Shown here in pieces: positions 12,331 to 26,952 of a DNA stretch of 64,000 nt (its first letter is position 1; every line of letters begins with the position of its first letter). Source of the DNA: the human T2T-CHM13v2.0 reference genome, Homo sapiens; the NCBI RefSeq assembly GCF_009914755.1, contig NC_060937.1. One strand, given 5' to 3'. Below the pieces are notes generated by a model. The model saw only the letters and a list, made by a program, of their open reading frames with translations. It was not told the origin of the DNA and did not search any database. The position numbers and the translations under genes are program-made.

Positions 12331-14936
12331 GCATGTGTTCTGAGTTTATGATACTAAGTTAAAAAGAAAGATACATGAATTATTCTATATAATTATTGAA
12401 GTACAAATTCATTTAAAAGATTGTGACTATCAAGTGGTTTATAATCAATATTGAATGGTAATTAAGTATATACATATTAATTTACTACTTACAATTATAA
12501 TCATCTGAACAATGTGTTGTTTTTATAAAATGAAATTTAGATTTGTTTGCTTATTGTATTTGAAGCTTCTAATTTTAAGGCTCAGTATTTCTGTAAATAC
12601 CACTAACTTATATTGCTTCTCTTAAAATATACATTTTTAGTGTTCTGTTTAAATATACATTTTAGTGTTCTGTTATTACTTTAAGTGTTAATATGTATTG
12701 ATGTATTTATTATGTATATATTTAATATGGTATTGACAATCAGAGGAGTTGCTGTGTATTAATCTAAGCAAATGTTTGCAGTGAACAATTGTCAGGTTCT
12801 TTTAGTAAATAGAGACAGATGGTGGCTGTTTAAAATTTCTTTCTAACCTGTTATCGTGGAACATGTTACAGTGAAAGTAGACTTCAGAATGGATTCTGAT
12901 AAACATACAAATATTTATCACCAAGTATATATAAAAAAATCACATAATGTAATTTATAGTGTTAATTGTTTCTTTGAAGCACTTTTACAAGAACTTTGAA
13001 ATTCTCAGTTTACTCTAAAGCAGATAAAATTATAACTTGATAGAAGGACCAGCCATGTTTCTACTTGGCTCAGGTATCAGAATATTTGATTAAGAAAAAA
13101 GAAGAGGGAGAGAAAAATTGTTGTATGATGTGTGAATGTACTATACACTCTTTTTAGACAACCATATATCCTGAATATCCCTTATTCTTCCCAAATAAAA
13201 CATTTTAATATTTATAATGTTAAGTATGAGCCTTGTGTTGAATATTTACTTAATGATGTATAAAGAGTTTGTATAAGATTTCTGAAGTCTGAATCCCCAA
13301 TCAAGGACCTTCAAATGCTAATTATCTACCTCCAAATTGTGTAGTCTTAATTAGGGTCCTACAAATGTACCATAAAATCCCTCAGGTATAGGATAAAATT
13401 AATTCATACACACACGCACACTGCTCCATATACTGAGTTATTTTAAATTTCAAACATAATCTATAAATACATTTGTCAAAAAGGTGAAGGTTGCCTTTAT
13501 ACTGCACAGCAGCTAAGGATTGGATGGAGGACAAAGTCAACGCTTAGAGGGCTTTGCATTACCAAATGGGCCAACAAGTTTAAGAATACCTGAACATGAA
13601 AGCAATAAAACGATAGCAGTAATTAGCAGTAGACACTTTGTCCAAATGACCAAATGGTATCTTGAGATACCACTGTGGCTCTGAGAACCCTGTTACTCCT
13701 CATACCTCTGACTTTTAGGATATTTCTTGAAGTCTAAAGTGCCATTAATTGGCTATCAGATGCTTCCCTTCTCCTCTTTCAAGGTCCATTGGACTTAACA
13801 GGGATATTTTGTAATTTTTGGTCTTACCCTGTGTCCATTTGCATGTTTCATGTGATTCCTAGGATTTCAATGTGCCCTTGTACTTTGCAAGAAAAGAATT
13901 ATTGTAGAGTATAATGATGCATGTGTTCATAAAAAATTTACAACTGTGTCACATTTTGGATTTTGTAGTCAATATAATACTTTCTAGTTGTACTTGAATG
14001 TCAAAATATTCCCAATTGGAGCTCACTATATTAATAAATATAAACTTGGAAATACCAGCATTTAAGTGTAACACAAATGTTCAAAAAAAAATAAACATTT
14101 TACACTAACCTTTCAGTTGTTTTGCCATATGTGTCCCCAATAAACATATAATTGGTTGCTTAGACAATTACTTATGCAATGCCATAAACTGACACTATTA
14201 AAACTATTTTCACTCAGTTAAAAACTTGCTGTGTATTGCATTGTAATTTTCACTGACAATGAGAAATCAACATATTTTATAATAATTATTTATACCATTA
14301 AAATTTTAAATGACAACATTTAGCATGCTTAAATCTGATTGTTATAGCTGTCATCCACAAAGAGTTGACATTAGAGTTAAGATATTAAAAAGCAAGCTGC
14401 ACAAAATACCTAAGATATTTTAACATTCAGAATATAAAACAAACTCTCAGTATTATAATAATGTAACTTTATGTTTTACATTATATGTTACAATGTTTAC
14501 TTGCTAATATGGTTGGACTAAAATTACAGAGACATGCACAATTTTTAATGTTATTCAAATGTCACATCTGCCTCACTAATAGGGGATCAGGTCTCTTTTG
14601 GGTAGGTTTCTTAACCATTTCAGGCTTATGACTCTGTTCTCCTGTTTAGCCAGGGTAGTTGACTGAAGCTTTCTCAATTGCTATTCACTTGACTGAAGGT
14701 GATAGCAAAAATATTTAGCAATCTTATTTTGTAATTATTTATTTTTGGACATTTGGCTCTCTATTCTCCCAGTGTACACACTTCACTAGGACAATTTAAA
14801 GGCATTTTCTAGTTATATCAAGTTGAAACTAGTTGTTCCACCTGGAACAAGTTGCCCCTTCTCTGCACAGACTTAAATTACCCTATCTATCCAATTAAAT
14901 AGCTCCACACTTTCTTGCTTCAGGGGGATTTTTTTC

Positions 14937-15349
14937 TGTTAAAGAAAAACATTATTCATGACACTTCTTCAAAACGTAAGGCACTCTTTATCTGGGTCTG
15001 CTGTGAGGGGTTTTGCAGTAGGGGGCACAGATTCAGCTCAACTCTAAATACAATAAGATAAAATTGAATTTTATAGTTAAAGGCTGGGCCATGGGGAAAA
15101 ATTACTAAGAGGAAACATCAGGGGTCTGGGGAGATTCTGATTCAACCCGCCTAATAAGATTTTTGTTGAAGGTAGGTCAGGTTGAGAGGATGAGGATATT
15201 GATCTGATTTCGAGGGAGGGGGATTCTGGATAAACTGACTTAACAGGAGTTTTCTACAGTTGGGCTCTAGGGGGATATGCCCTAAGATGGGACCTAGCTG
15301 GGCTCTGAAGAGCCCGACTAAAGTTTGGTCAAGGAGAGAATCTTTATCA
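14937..15349 (-). mobile_element. Solo ERV1 LTR (MER31/MER67 group)
   Basis: tgttaaagaaaaacattattc ... gactaaagtttggtcaaggagagaatctttatca; TTTTC on both flanks. Confidence 0.8.
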
Positions 15350-15595
15350 TTTTCCAGGACACTGAATCTACACTTGTCATTTGGCTTCAAAAGCATACCT
15401 ATTTATTTATATATATATATATATATCTGCATATTATTGTAGTTCAAGTTAATTCCAAAGAGTCTCCTTATCCCCCAATTTGTTACATCTCTTGATCAAA
15501 ATAGATACTGGGTAAGTGTGAAGGAGCGATTTTACTCAATATTTCACTTTTTTTTTTTAAGTTGCTAGACATACATGCAAATATCTTTTCAAGTC

Positions 15596-15754
15596 AGTGT
15601 GTCTCACACTCTAATGTATATTTGATGAACCTGGTGAGATTGCTGGAAAGGCAGATAGATACTCAGGCACCACCCTAAACTAACTGAATCTAAATTTATA
15701 TTTTAACCAGATCCACAGGTGATTTGTATGCACATTAAATTTTGAAAATCGCTG
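15596..15754. mobile_element. MER5 (hAT-Charlie) element
   Basis: cagtgtgtctcacact...caggtgatttgtatgcacattaaattttgaaaatcgctg. Confidence 0.75.
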
Positions 15755-16422
15755 TTTTTTAGGGTATTTTTGTCTACAGAAACAAATACAGAAAATTTGA
15801 GCATGTACCATGGTTTTTCACAAATAGACCTACAGAATTAGATATGTATCGTATTCATTTTCTAGATGACCCTTTCTTACTGATTACTGGATTACCTTTA
15901 ATTTCTTTAAGTTCTGAGACAATTATTATGTTGCATAAAATCTAAGGAAGAGCGTTTACCGGTATAATAAATTAGAAATTCCAATACATTTTATTTCCAA
16001 ATTAAATATGTAGAATTTTATGGTGCTGCATCACAATTTGATATAATTACAATCTCTTGCAGACATGGTTATGAGCGCACTTTAAGATAGTCAGACCTAT
16101 TTGTTAACAGAAAGAAACAAGAAGATGTTGGAATTTCCCTTTATCCAAAGTCCTACAGGAAACAGAATATGCTCTCTTTAGCTGTCTAGAAGGAAACACC
16201 ATAACTTGTTATTTTGAAAACCAGTGGTATAAATTCATCCAGTTCTTTAACATTATTACATTACACAATTACCAGGACTTGTGTTTGATGTCAATAAACT
16301 AAATGAGACACAATCTTCCCCTCAAGAATTTTAGCTATTTGTGAAGCCAGACAAGCAACCAAAAGACTTCAGAGAGCTAGATGTTCCTGAAGAAACAGAA
16401 AATGATAGCTAAACAATATCTA

Positions 16423-16723
16423 GGCTGGGCGCGGTGGCTCATGCCTGTAATCCCAGCACTTTGGGAGGCCGAGACGGGCGGATCACAAGGTCAGGAGATC
16501 GAGACCGTCCTGGCTAACACGGTGAAACCCCGTCTCTACTAAAAATACAAAAAATTAGCCGGCCTGGTGGTGGGCGCCTGTAGTCCCAGCTATTCGGAAG
16601 GCTGAGGCAGGAGAATGGCGTGAACCCAGGAGGCAGATCTTGCAGTGAGCCGAGATTGCTGCCACTGCACTCCAGCCTGGGCAACAGAGCGAGACTCCAA
16701 CTCAAAAAAAAAAAAAAAAAAAA
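16423..16723 (+). mobile_element. AluY, full length
   Basis: AluY diagnostics ggagatcgagacc, ggctaacacgg, gaatggcgtgaacc; poly(A); TSD aaacaatatcta/aaagaataccta. Confidence 0.97.
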
Positions 16724-17429
16724 GAATACCTAGTGCAAGGAATGCATATCCAGGTGAGGGAACACATCTAAAATTATACTGCATGCAAAGACCATATTCA
16801 TGAGCAAGATATAATCGGAAATGAAGCTTGTGGGAAGCAGGTGGGAGGAGAGCAGATTGTATTTTGTCTTTTTTCCATGCTAAATAACTGCCCTAATTAA
16901 AGAACAAAACCATTTTTATTTCACTCAGAAACCCTGTGTTACTGAATTTTGAACTAGGAAGTTCCCGGTTTCTATTCTCTTTGCCATTATATAGCCTATG
17001 TCATTTAGTAAAGAATAAATAATTCTTTTGGCAGGGGCTGAAAGTATCTCTTTGCTAGTTTGTAACCCCCAGTAATAAGCTTCTGAATTCCTTTACTGAG
17101 GCTAACACTAGAGAGTTAGGTGAATTCAAATCCCTGTTTTGCCCTGGTCTGTGGAGTCAGCTGTCCTGAGAAGGAGTTGGCTCATCTACTCTTCTGTCAC
17201 TCCCGCCTGCTATTCCTCTCCTTCTCTCTATTGTTGGATAAATATAGGTACCTAAACTATTCCCATTTCATTTCCTATTTCTGTGCCAATGTGTTTATAT
17301 GTTTATATACATTGTTGGAATAAGCCAATTTGTGTGATGAGTGGTAGGGCACACTGGCCTTCTTTTGCCAAGATTTGTCAAAAAGAACACGTAGGCAGTG
17401 GAAGTAGCAGAAAAACAAATAGTTAAAAA

Positions 17430-17960
17430 AAATAAGGGTTCAATTTCAGCTTGAAAACTTATCAGCTATATGACACTATGCAAAATATCTAGAGCTTCTT
17501 AGCCATATTGTCTTCATTTGAAAATGGTGAAGAGTGGGACCTGCCTCCTAAGATTGTTTTCAAGAACTCTATTACATTATGTAGTTGAAAAATTAGTGAC
17601 AGGTAAATGTTGTAGACAGTTGAAAAGTAACCCTATTCCCTGTTTAGTACTAGCAATTTGGAAATCGATTTGGTCAAAGAAATTTACTTAAAGAGAAAAG
17701 AAATTGTTATTAAATATTTTGCCTCCATCCTACAAATTTGGCATTGGGGTCTGAAAACTTTGTCCATGTGATTGTAGAGTGAGATACCAGGTGCAGGACC
17801 TCAGACAAGTTGCTTCATCCATTGAAGTCACAATTTTATTCTTTATAAAATGTAGACAACAAGCACTTTCTTGATAGAGTTTTTCAGAGAATTAAATAAT
17901 AATTATGTAAAGCACATAAGCAGTGTCTGTTAGTATTGAATATATAGTAAGATTAGCTAA
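17430..17960 (+). mobile_element. Two MIR relics
   Basis: gggttcaatttcagc...tcttcatttgaaaatgg and caagttgcttcat...ctttataaaatg...gtaaagcac. Confidence 0.55.
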
Positions 17961-20569
17961 AAAAAAGAAAGTTGACAGGAAACTATTTTTGAGTATTTGT
18001 TCATCAAAAGGGGATTACTTGTGAAATGAGAAAACAAGCTTAACATACTCCAGTAGACAGTCAAAGCTATAGAAATGTTGGTGAGACGCCGTTAAGACAC
18101 AATATAAGGTTTTTGAGAGCTGGGTTGTTCATATTCTTCTTTTTATCTTTGTAATTCCTTATCACTAAGCAAGGTAAAAATACCCTACATATTAGGGTAT
18201 ATAGTTTTAAATAAATTTGGTTTTTAATTAATTAATGAAAAAAAAATAACCTGGGTGGACCTCGCAGTTAATCCCTTGACAGAGCACACATTTTCATTGG
18301 GGTAAAGTCTCCCTGGTACTACATCAAACCAGTTATCTTCTACGTTGTGCTGTGTTCAAGGTAAAAAGTACTGAAACACAAGTTAAAAAAATGAGAGAGA
18401 AAAGAAATGTGAATAAAAAATGACAACAATAGCACCTTTTTTCTGATATATGCTTCTGTGACTGCACAGAGGTGGTTAAAGATGTGATGCAGGAACCGGA
18501 ATTACATTAATTAATGTGCCAAGCACTATCACAGAGTCAGATTTATAATGATCTATACTTTCTTATTTCTGAGGCAAAGTGTTTGACACAGAGTAGAAGC
18601 AAAGGTGATTTGTTGCACTAACCTTCAACATGTATAAATAACTGGCAAGGATGACTTATTGCTAAAATAAATCCTAATATGATTAAATATTTGCTCTAAT
18701 TGCATAAGTTTCAGTCTTACTGACCACACAGACAAAGTGCAACCTAAAATTTGTGAGTAATGTACAAGCCCCTGGAGGGTCATTTACAAAGTCTCTGCAA
18801 GATCACATTCTTCCACCAAAAGGATAATATCAAATCTATGTTTAAGAATATCTAAATGTATTTTCAAAATTTTTATTAAAAACGGAAATATAATATTTTA
18901 AAGGAAAGGCATATAAACCTTGATAAGTCATTTTTATTTATTTATTTATTTAATATGTTGGTATTATTACATGAAAGGACATGGAATTTTAGTTCAATAG
19001 CTATTGGTAATTGCCACATTCCTAGTATTGTAAGCATTATTTCAAGAAAACAAATAAATCTGTGGTCTTCAGAAATAGTCATATTCTCAAGACACATGCT
19101 CTTCTTCTAGGGAAAAAAAAATACCCTTCTCCAACTGTTTCGTCATCATACTAATCAATTAATAACTAAAAAGCAGGAAATATACCTTTAGTAATTAAAG
19201 AAATAATCACAATGAATGTGCTAACAATGTATATTAGTTATTCATTATGAGAAAGGTATGTTATCAAGTTAGATCCATTTTTGAATAGGAAATTCTACTT
19301 GAGGATAAAATCAAACAGAGGTATGAAAAAACATGTGTAATTAAGTAGATTAGACCTTAATATTTTTAAAAAATGGTGAGATTCGACTAGTATGTACAAA
19401 ATTAGTTTAATATCCTAGGTTAAAAAAATTCCACAAAAATGGAAAGCAACTATTTAAAAGAAGATGTCATCTGAGTATGATTCCAAAATCCTAAAGTGAA
19501 ACATTCTTTTGAAGAAGAAAGCATGTAGCTGAATGCATCCTGTATTAAATTTGCATTAAAAGTATAACCTGTTGAAACAAGTTGTAACATAAAGCTACTA
19601 TAACATGGACCTGTTCCAAGTACTCTTTATAAGTGAGAAATTTTAAGTAGTTTCTTTGAGTTGCAGTATATTGGTATAGAAAACTGAGAAATAGTGAGAA
19701 AGGGAAGTAATATCAGAAAGGATTTGGCCCCAGTTCCAAATTTTGAATTTGAAATCCAATGGTTATGACGTTACCTTTCAATGAAGTTTCAAAGAAATTT
19801 ACCTTCTAGGATATCACATCCTATAAAGGTGTTGATTATTATAAATAATACCTACTGTAGTGCTCTTTAAAACACATCTATGAAAATTTGAAATTCAAGA
19901 ATCTTACCTTATTTTTCACCAGTACGGTCCAAAGTCATCTGCTTTGGATGAAACAAACAAACAAAAAAGCTATTCAATTCTACTTTACCCAAAATGAAAG
20001 AAGTATCCTTCCCAACATGTATATATAGACTTACTCTGCCTCACTCTCTCAGTCAAGCGCCAAGTCCAGTAAGTGAGAATTCTGTGGGAATATGGAGAGT
20101 TTTGCAACGTTGAGGGTTTAAAGATAGTGCTACCAAAGACTGTTCACTTTCAGTGTACTGTATTATAGACAGAAAGAGCACTTGAAAAAAATGTTCAGAA
20201 CTATTATAAAATTATATAATTTCATTACAAAAATCTTCATCTTTATGAACTTTCATATTATAGCATAAATAATTTAGAAACTTTTTTTCTTATTTGTTTA
20301 AAATAATAGAAATAAAAGTTTCTGGTGGTTTTAAGGCCATATCTTAAAAATATATTTTTTGAAAAATACCTTTCAAGTACTCTTCTAAATAACTATCAGA
20401 GACACGGACAATTTTTTTTCTTTCCATAGTTAATAAAATAACTGTCTATGTTGATTTTAATATATTGATCACTTTTTGCCCATTAGTCACTACAATTTTC
20501 AACTATGATAGCCAATGAAATTTTTTAAAAGTGGAATATTTACCCAAAAGTCATTTATTACCCTTTTTT

Positions 20570-21005
20570 CCCCCATTTTCTTCCTCTGTTATTACAGATT
20601 AAGCCTAAATATCTTTCCAGACTAATTTGTATCTCAGGGTTGACTTGTGACCCTGTTCTAGCCATTGAAATACAATGAGTAGCTGTGTTAGAAAATATTG
20701 TAAGGAAATTTCTCTTCAGTTTTTTTTTGCCTTTTATGCTCCCTTATTTTGATTTTATCTTCTTGTCTGTGTAACAAATATAAGGTGAAATATGTGGCAG
20801 CGATCATGTGAGCATGAAGATGAAAGTCACATGTTGGAAACAACAGAAGAGGACTGAAGGACAGTGATATTTTTAAACTTTGTTGAACACAGGCAATAGC
20901 TCTGAACGTCCTCTCTTTGTAATTCTTAGGATAAGAGAAAATTGAATTCTTATGTGTTAAAGGCACTGTTCTTTATTACTTAAAACCTAACATGTTTCTA
21001 AAGGA
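20570..21005 (+). mobile_element. Old ERVL LTR (LTR16-like)
   Basis: tgtgaccctgttctagccattgaaat...gtggcagcgatcatgtgagcatgaagatgaaagtcac. Confidence 0.5.
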
Positions 21006-21149
21006 TACCTTAAGTTTGGATGTAAATTAGAATAAGAACAAGATAATTCTTATTCTTAAAACCTTTCAACAACTTTTCTATTACAGTTAATTCTGTATTC
21101 CAATGATATGTCATCTCTGCTACAGTTTGCAATCTTCAATACAAGGAGT

Positions 21150-21612
21150 AACATCATTCATTCACCATGTATACCTGGGTCCATTACTCTGCCTAGCAGG
21201 CAGTCGGTATTTAAAAATATCAGAAGCATAGCTGAATACATGAATTCATTTATTTATGCAACAGGAAATTACCGAACACATTTCGTGATAAAGGAGATTT
21301 CAATGCAACTGGAGTAACAAGGATGAAAAGACAGTGTCCTAACCTCTAGGAATACACAGTTCAGTCACAAGGGCAAAAATCAGTGCATGATGTGTTGAGT
21401 ACCATACAAATTTATTGACAAGTAAACAATATGTCAAGCTGAAGGAACTCACATTACTGAAGACTGATTTGGGCTGAATCTGAAGGAAGAATAGGAGTTT
21501 ACCAGGCGGACCAGAAAAGGCCATCCTAGGAAAGAAGAACAACACATGATAATAGAGTGGATCAGAACCTGGCCCTTTGTGGGTACTTAATAAACATCTG
21601 TTGTGCCGAATT
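21150..21612. mobile_element. L2 relics
   Basis: attcatttatttatgcaaca...; gagtttaccaggcgg...; cctggccctttgtgggtacttaataaacatctgttg. Confidence 0.55.
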
Positions 21613-21919
21613 GAACTAAATTATTTTTACCAAGATAGACTGTTGGGCTCAGGGGAAGTTCTTGGATCAGAATACAAAAATGTGTGTTTTGGCAAAGTGA
21701 AAACCTAAAGTAACATTTTTTTACTATGCCAAAATTTTAGGTTTAGAAACAGGGTATTTAAAAATATTTCACAGGAGTTTCAAGACTTTGGCTAATCTAA
21801 TTCAATATGCTCTTGGTGTTAGAGTATAAAAAGATATCCAAAAAGGAATGAAATACCAAGGCATGGAATTTTATGGCCTGAATGTGAGGTCTTTTGCTGG
21901 ATTCCCACAGTACCCTGAT

Positions 21920-24050
21920 GGTCTGTTCATTCATATATTTAGTCTATTTTTCTATGTCATTCAAGTTGGATAATTTCTATTATTCCATTTTCAAGTTGAC
22001 TGATTTTTTTGCCCTGTTTCCTCTATTCTGCTGTTGAGTCCATTCCTAGATTTTTTAAAATTTTGATTATTGTATGTTTCAGTTTCAAAATTTCCACTTG
22101 TTTCACCTTCATGTTTTCTTTTTACTGGGGCTAGTTTTGCAATTGTTTCAAATCTGTTCATAATTACTCACTTCATCAGTTTTATCATGATTGTTTTACA
22201 TTTTGCTTCAGATAACTTTAGCTTCTCTGTTATCTCAGTATTGACATCCATAGACTGTCCTTTTGTATATTCAGTTTGAGATCTTGCAGGTTCTGGGAAT
22301 GACAGAAATGATTGATTAAAACCTGGATATTTACATATTTAAAATATGATCTTATTTAAATTTTCTGTCTTAAGTGGCTCTCTTGACAACACTCTGGCAG
22401 GGGAAGGACAGGCAGAGGTACCCACTTCTCTGACAGGTAGAGGTAAAAGTCCAGGTTCTCCACTTATCCTCCTTTGATAACTGAGGGAAGGATTGCTTTT
22501 GGGGGAACTCAGAGCATTCTAGCCTCCCATGTGGTTTTCTGTAACATTGCACTGGGGGTGACCTGTCTGTCACTAGAAGATCACAAAAGTCCTGATTCCA
22601 GTTCTTTATTCTAGTAAAATACTTTAAAAAGTTTATTCTGAACCAAATGTGAGTGATCACAGCCCAAAGCACAACCTCAGTAGGCCCTGAGAACATGTGC
22701 CCAACGTGGTTGGGTTACAACTTGATTTTATACATTTTAGGGGGACAGAAATTACAGGTGGTCATCAATTGATATATGTTAGGTGCACATTGGTTTGGCC
22801 TGAAGAGGCAGGAAAATTCAGAGTTGAGGGACTTCCAGGTTAGAGGTGGATTCAAAAATTTCTGATTGGCAATTGGTTGATAGAGTGAAGTTACTATCTA
22901 AATATCTGGAATCGATAGAAAGGAGTTTCTGGGTTAAGGTAAAGGGCTCTGGAGACCCAGGTTCTTATTGTGTAGATGAAGCCTTCAGGTAGCTGGCTTC
23001 AGAGAGAATAGACAATAAATGTCTCTTATCAGACTCTAAAAGGTGCAAGCCAGTTAAATCTCTCCTGTGTCACAAAAAGACCTGGAAAGAGAGGAGGATT
23101 CTCTGCAGAATATAGATTTTCTCCAGAAGTGGCAGCTTTGCAGGGCCATTTCAAATATATCAATGAAATATATTTTGGGGTGAATACTTTGATTTCTTTT
23201 AGGGCTGGCTATCTGCCATGTGATGCTATATTAGAGTCGGTTAGAGTTAGGTATTTTATTGTGGTAAAGAGTCTTTTTGTCACTCTTAAGATCTCTGTTT
23301 TAATGTAATGCTGGTCAGTTGTGCCTTAATTCCAAAGGGAGTCGGGTATAATGAGACATGTCTGACACCCCTCTTCCCATCATGGATGCACTAGTTTTTC
23401 AGGTTTACTTTGGAATGGCCTTGACTGAGAGGAGGGGTCCATTCAGTCAACTGACAGGCTTAGAATTCTGTTTTTAGTTTACAGATATCAGAGGGTGTGA
23501 GTACCTGTTGACCCCTGGCAGGTATAAAAACCTCAGATCCCTATGCACTTTGTCTAACACCACTGTGGTGGGATGTTGAGGTTACTCATTACAGCCTAGG
23601 AAATCTGGGTTTCCCACTAGACTTTTGCTGATGTGGGTGGGTGAGAAACCAGTTTTGTTGTTGTTTTCCTGTGTTTTCAGGCAGGCAAAGAGCAGTAATT
23701 TTCTGAAGGTTTTCTGTCTTGCTAAGTTGTTCTTTTTCCTGGTCCTTTGTCTAGAGATAGCAGGCTTTTGTTGGGGCTTTTGTTGGGGCTTTTGTTGTGC
23801 AGACCTATGGGCAGTTTGGGGTGGTCAGTTTGTTCAGCTTCAAGTTCAGAATTTATGAAGCTAAAAGAAAATTGAGAGAACACACTATCATGTCATTCCT
23901 TGGGTCCCAAAGTCCCTAAATGATCTTCCTTTCTCTATTTGCCTTTTAGAGTCCACTTACACTTGACTTATATGTGATTTCCAGGGCTTTTAGTTGCACT
24001 TAGTGCAAGGAATAGAGACAGATATACTTACTCCATCTTCTTTGACATGT
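21920..24050 (-). mobile_element. Old L1 (L1MC/L1M) antisense fragments, split by MER4
   Basis: ggataatttctattattccattttcaagt..., aaagtccaggttctccactt; resumes after 23483. Confidence 0.6.
22608..23483 (-). mobile_element. MER4-group ERV1 solo LTR (MER4D/E-like)
   Basis: Ends cattcagtc...cttagaattctgtttttagtttaca, the reverse complement of the MER4 start TGTAAACCAAAAATAAAATTCTAAG; contains cctgagaacatgtgcccaa. Confidence 0.85.
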
Positions 24051-24447
24051 AAGTGACATGTGAGTTTTAAGAATAGCTTTCTTATATAACACAATTCATA
24101 CAAATTATAAAATATATTGTCTACATGTAACAAACAGTGTTCTAAACTTATTAAGTACTTTTAGAAAGTTTTGTAATAATAAAATTAGTCAAATTTCAGT
24201 CATATAGTGATTGTAATTAGTCTTCATATAAAAGTTGCTTAATTTTACTAGATGTCAATATTTTTAAAATTTTGTTTTTATATTTATATTTATTAATCTT
24301 ATTTAGTAATATTGAAAACAGTTTACCAATTATTTTGGAGTTATACTTTTATAGAAATTTATAGAAATGATGATATTGTGTACTATTGTGTGGTTTTTGT
24401 TTTTTCAGTTGCTCAATAGATTTATAACCAGTTTTTTGGAATTAAGA

Positions 24448-24808
24448 TGTATTAGTCCATTCTCATGCTGTTATAAGAACTACCAAAGACTAAGTAATTT
24501 ATAAAGAAAAAGAAGTTTAATGGACTCACCATTCTACATAGCTGGGGAGGTCTCACAATCATTGCAGAAGGCCAAGGAGGAACAAAGGCATGTCTTACAT
24601 GGCAGTAGGCAAGAGAGCATGTGCAGGGGAACGTCCCTTTATACAACCATCACATCTCATGAGACTTATTCACTGTCATGAGAACACCATGGGAAAAATC
24701 TGCCCCCATAATTCCATTACTTCCCACCGGGTCCCTCCCATGACATGGGGATTATGGGAGCTAAAACTCAAGATGAGATTTGGGTGGGGACACAGGCAAA
24801 CCATATCA
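24448..24808 (-). mobile_element. THE1C/D MaLR solo LTR
   Basis: tgtattagtccattctcatgctg...tgggtggggacacaggcaaaccatatca; TSD taaga/taagg. Confidence 0.93.
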
Positions 24809-26551
24809 TAAGGTAAGAGTGAAGATCAAAAATTATTTCCTAAATAAAATAACTATAAAATATAATTAAATGTTAATGCTATCAGCAAGTTTTTTAATAA
24901 AATTCACTACCATTAAATTTTATATATCTCTAAGAAAATATAGTTGTAGGTCACCATTAAAAATAGACATAACTGCAACTTTCTTTGAAAGAAAGAAAGA
25001 AAAAGAAAGGCAGAGAGAGAATGATGGAAAAGGGAAGAAAGAGACAGGAAAAAAAAGACAAGAAAAAGGAAGGTACCATTTGTTTTCCTATTCTTTTGCT
25101 TTTTTGTAGTTTATAGGTCAAGTCAAATCTTGACTACAATGTCATTACTACAGTTACAACTCTAGAGCCTATCTTTATTGCAGGTAGGAACGTTAATTGG
25201 AAATGTCCTTTCAGAGAAAAGCATAACTTAAAAATAGTGTTTTTCTTATTTTACCGGGAGTTACATGCCAGTATTTATGGCTCATCTTTTTAGTAGAAAT
25301 CAGAAAAATGTACCATACACAACTTGCACTGAGAAAAAACTCCTTTTTTTACGTAAAACAGGAAGATGTTTTTATTCTTTTAATTTCTAAATAATTAAAT
25401 ATCTACTCATCTAGGTTAATTTATTGTCATATAAAAATAGTCTGTGATGACAGAAATCAGAACAGCAAGCTCATTAGCATGAAAGGTCTTTGCATCCACC
25501 ATGTACTGTCAGGGCTTCAGAATCATTGAAATAGGAGGAGGGAATTACCCTCCAGCATTGCCTTTACACTTGCCAGGCCTGGAAATCAGATCTTAGGTGC
25601 CCGCATACTCTCTGACGTGGTGATTTATTGAAGGTTGGCTTGCAGAAAAAAGACATCACCGAGCTATGTGTTAGGAGTTCATGAAATAGCTTCACTTCTT
25701 ATGTCTTTTATACAACCTGCTAGCACATTTTAAATGCTCCTCAAGAGACAGATTAAAATAAAAAAAGATAAACTCAGCCTTTGGCATAAACTATATTTCG
25801 TAGTTTTATAAACTATACATATAATTATGTAAATATGCTACATAACATATATTTATTATATAGGTAAACACACACACACAGACACACACACACCCCCCTC
25901 ATCATATTTCAGTAGTTTCCCGTTATCAAAGTTCCAAAGACAATCAGGCTTGCTTTTGACTCTAAATAATTTCATCATGTCTAAACTATAATTAATTAAA
26001 GCAGTAAATCTTAAGAGATACCAGCCGGAGTAAAGTATGCAGAAAAAATCAGTTGAAATAACCATCTTCCGACTCTGCTTTTAAATTAAAAAATAAAAGA
26101 CAATTAGGTCTGAACAGAGATAAGCATAAAAGGGACCCATTTCTTTGTTTCTGATAGCCCCTGAAGCACCATCACATAATAAAAATGACAAATGACAACA
26201 CAGAAAACAGCAGGAAGTGAGTCTCATTTGTGAGACTGAAGGAAACCTATGGATCAACTATAGAAATGAAGCTGCTAAAACAGGACAGTACAGTCTATCC
26301 TGCCTACCTCCCCCCTTGCCCAAATATCAAATAGATTATTGAATTGCATGAATTCAAAGTAAAACCTATCATAAAGTATTTTTATCTGACAGAGTGGGTT
26401 TTTTGCATATATATTAGTATTACGAATTTAAAAAAACTACATTAATGACAATTATTAGTTCCTAATTATTAGTTCTAGGCTATTAGATAGCCTAGAGCAA
26501 TACATGTCAAACTTCTGTTCCAACATCACACGTTTGATGTCGTGACTCTGA

Positions 26552-26952
<401 letters not shown>

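Noticed and set aside
23762-23797. (GGGGCTTTTGTT)x3 repeat giving GFCW repeats in an ORF
   Set aside because: A simple 12-bp slippage repeat within an old L1; no spacers, so not CRISPR-like.
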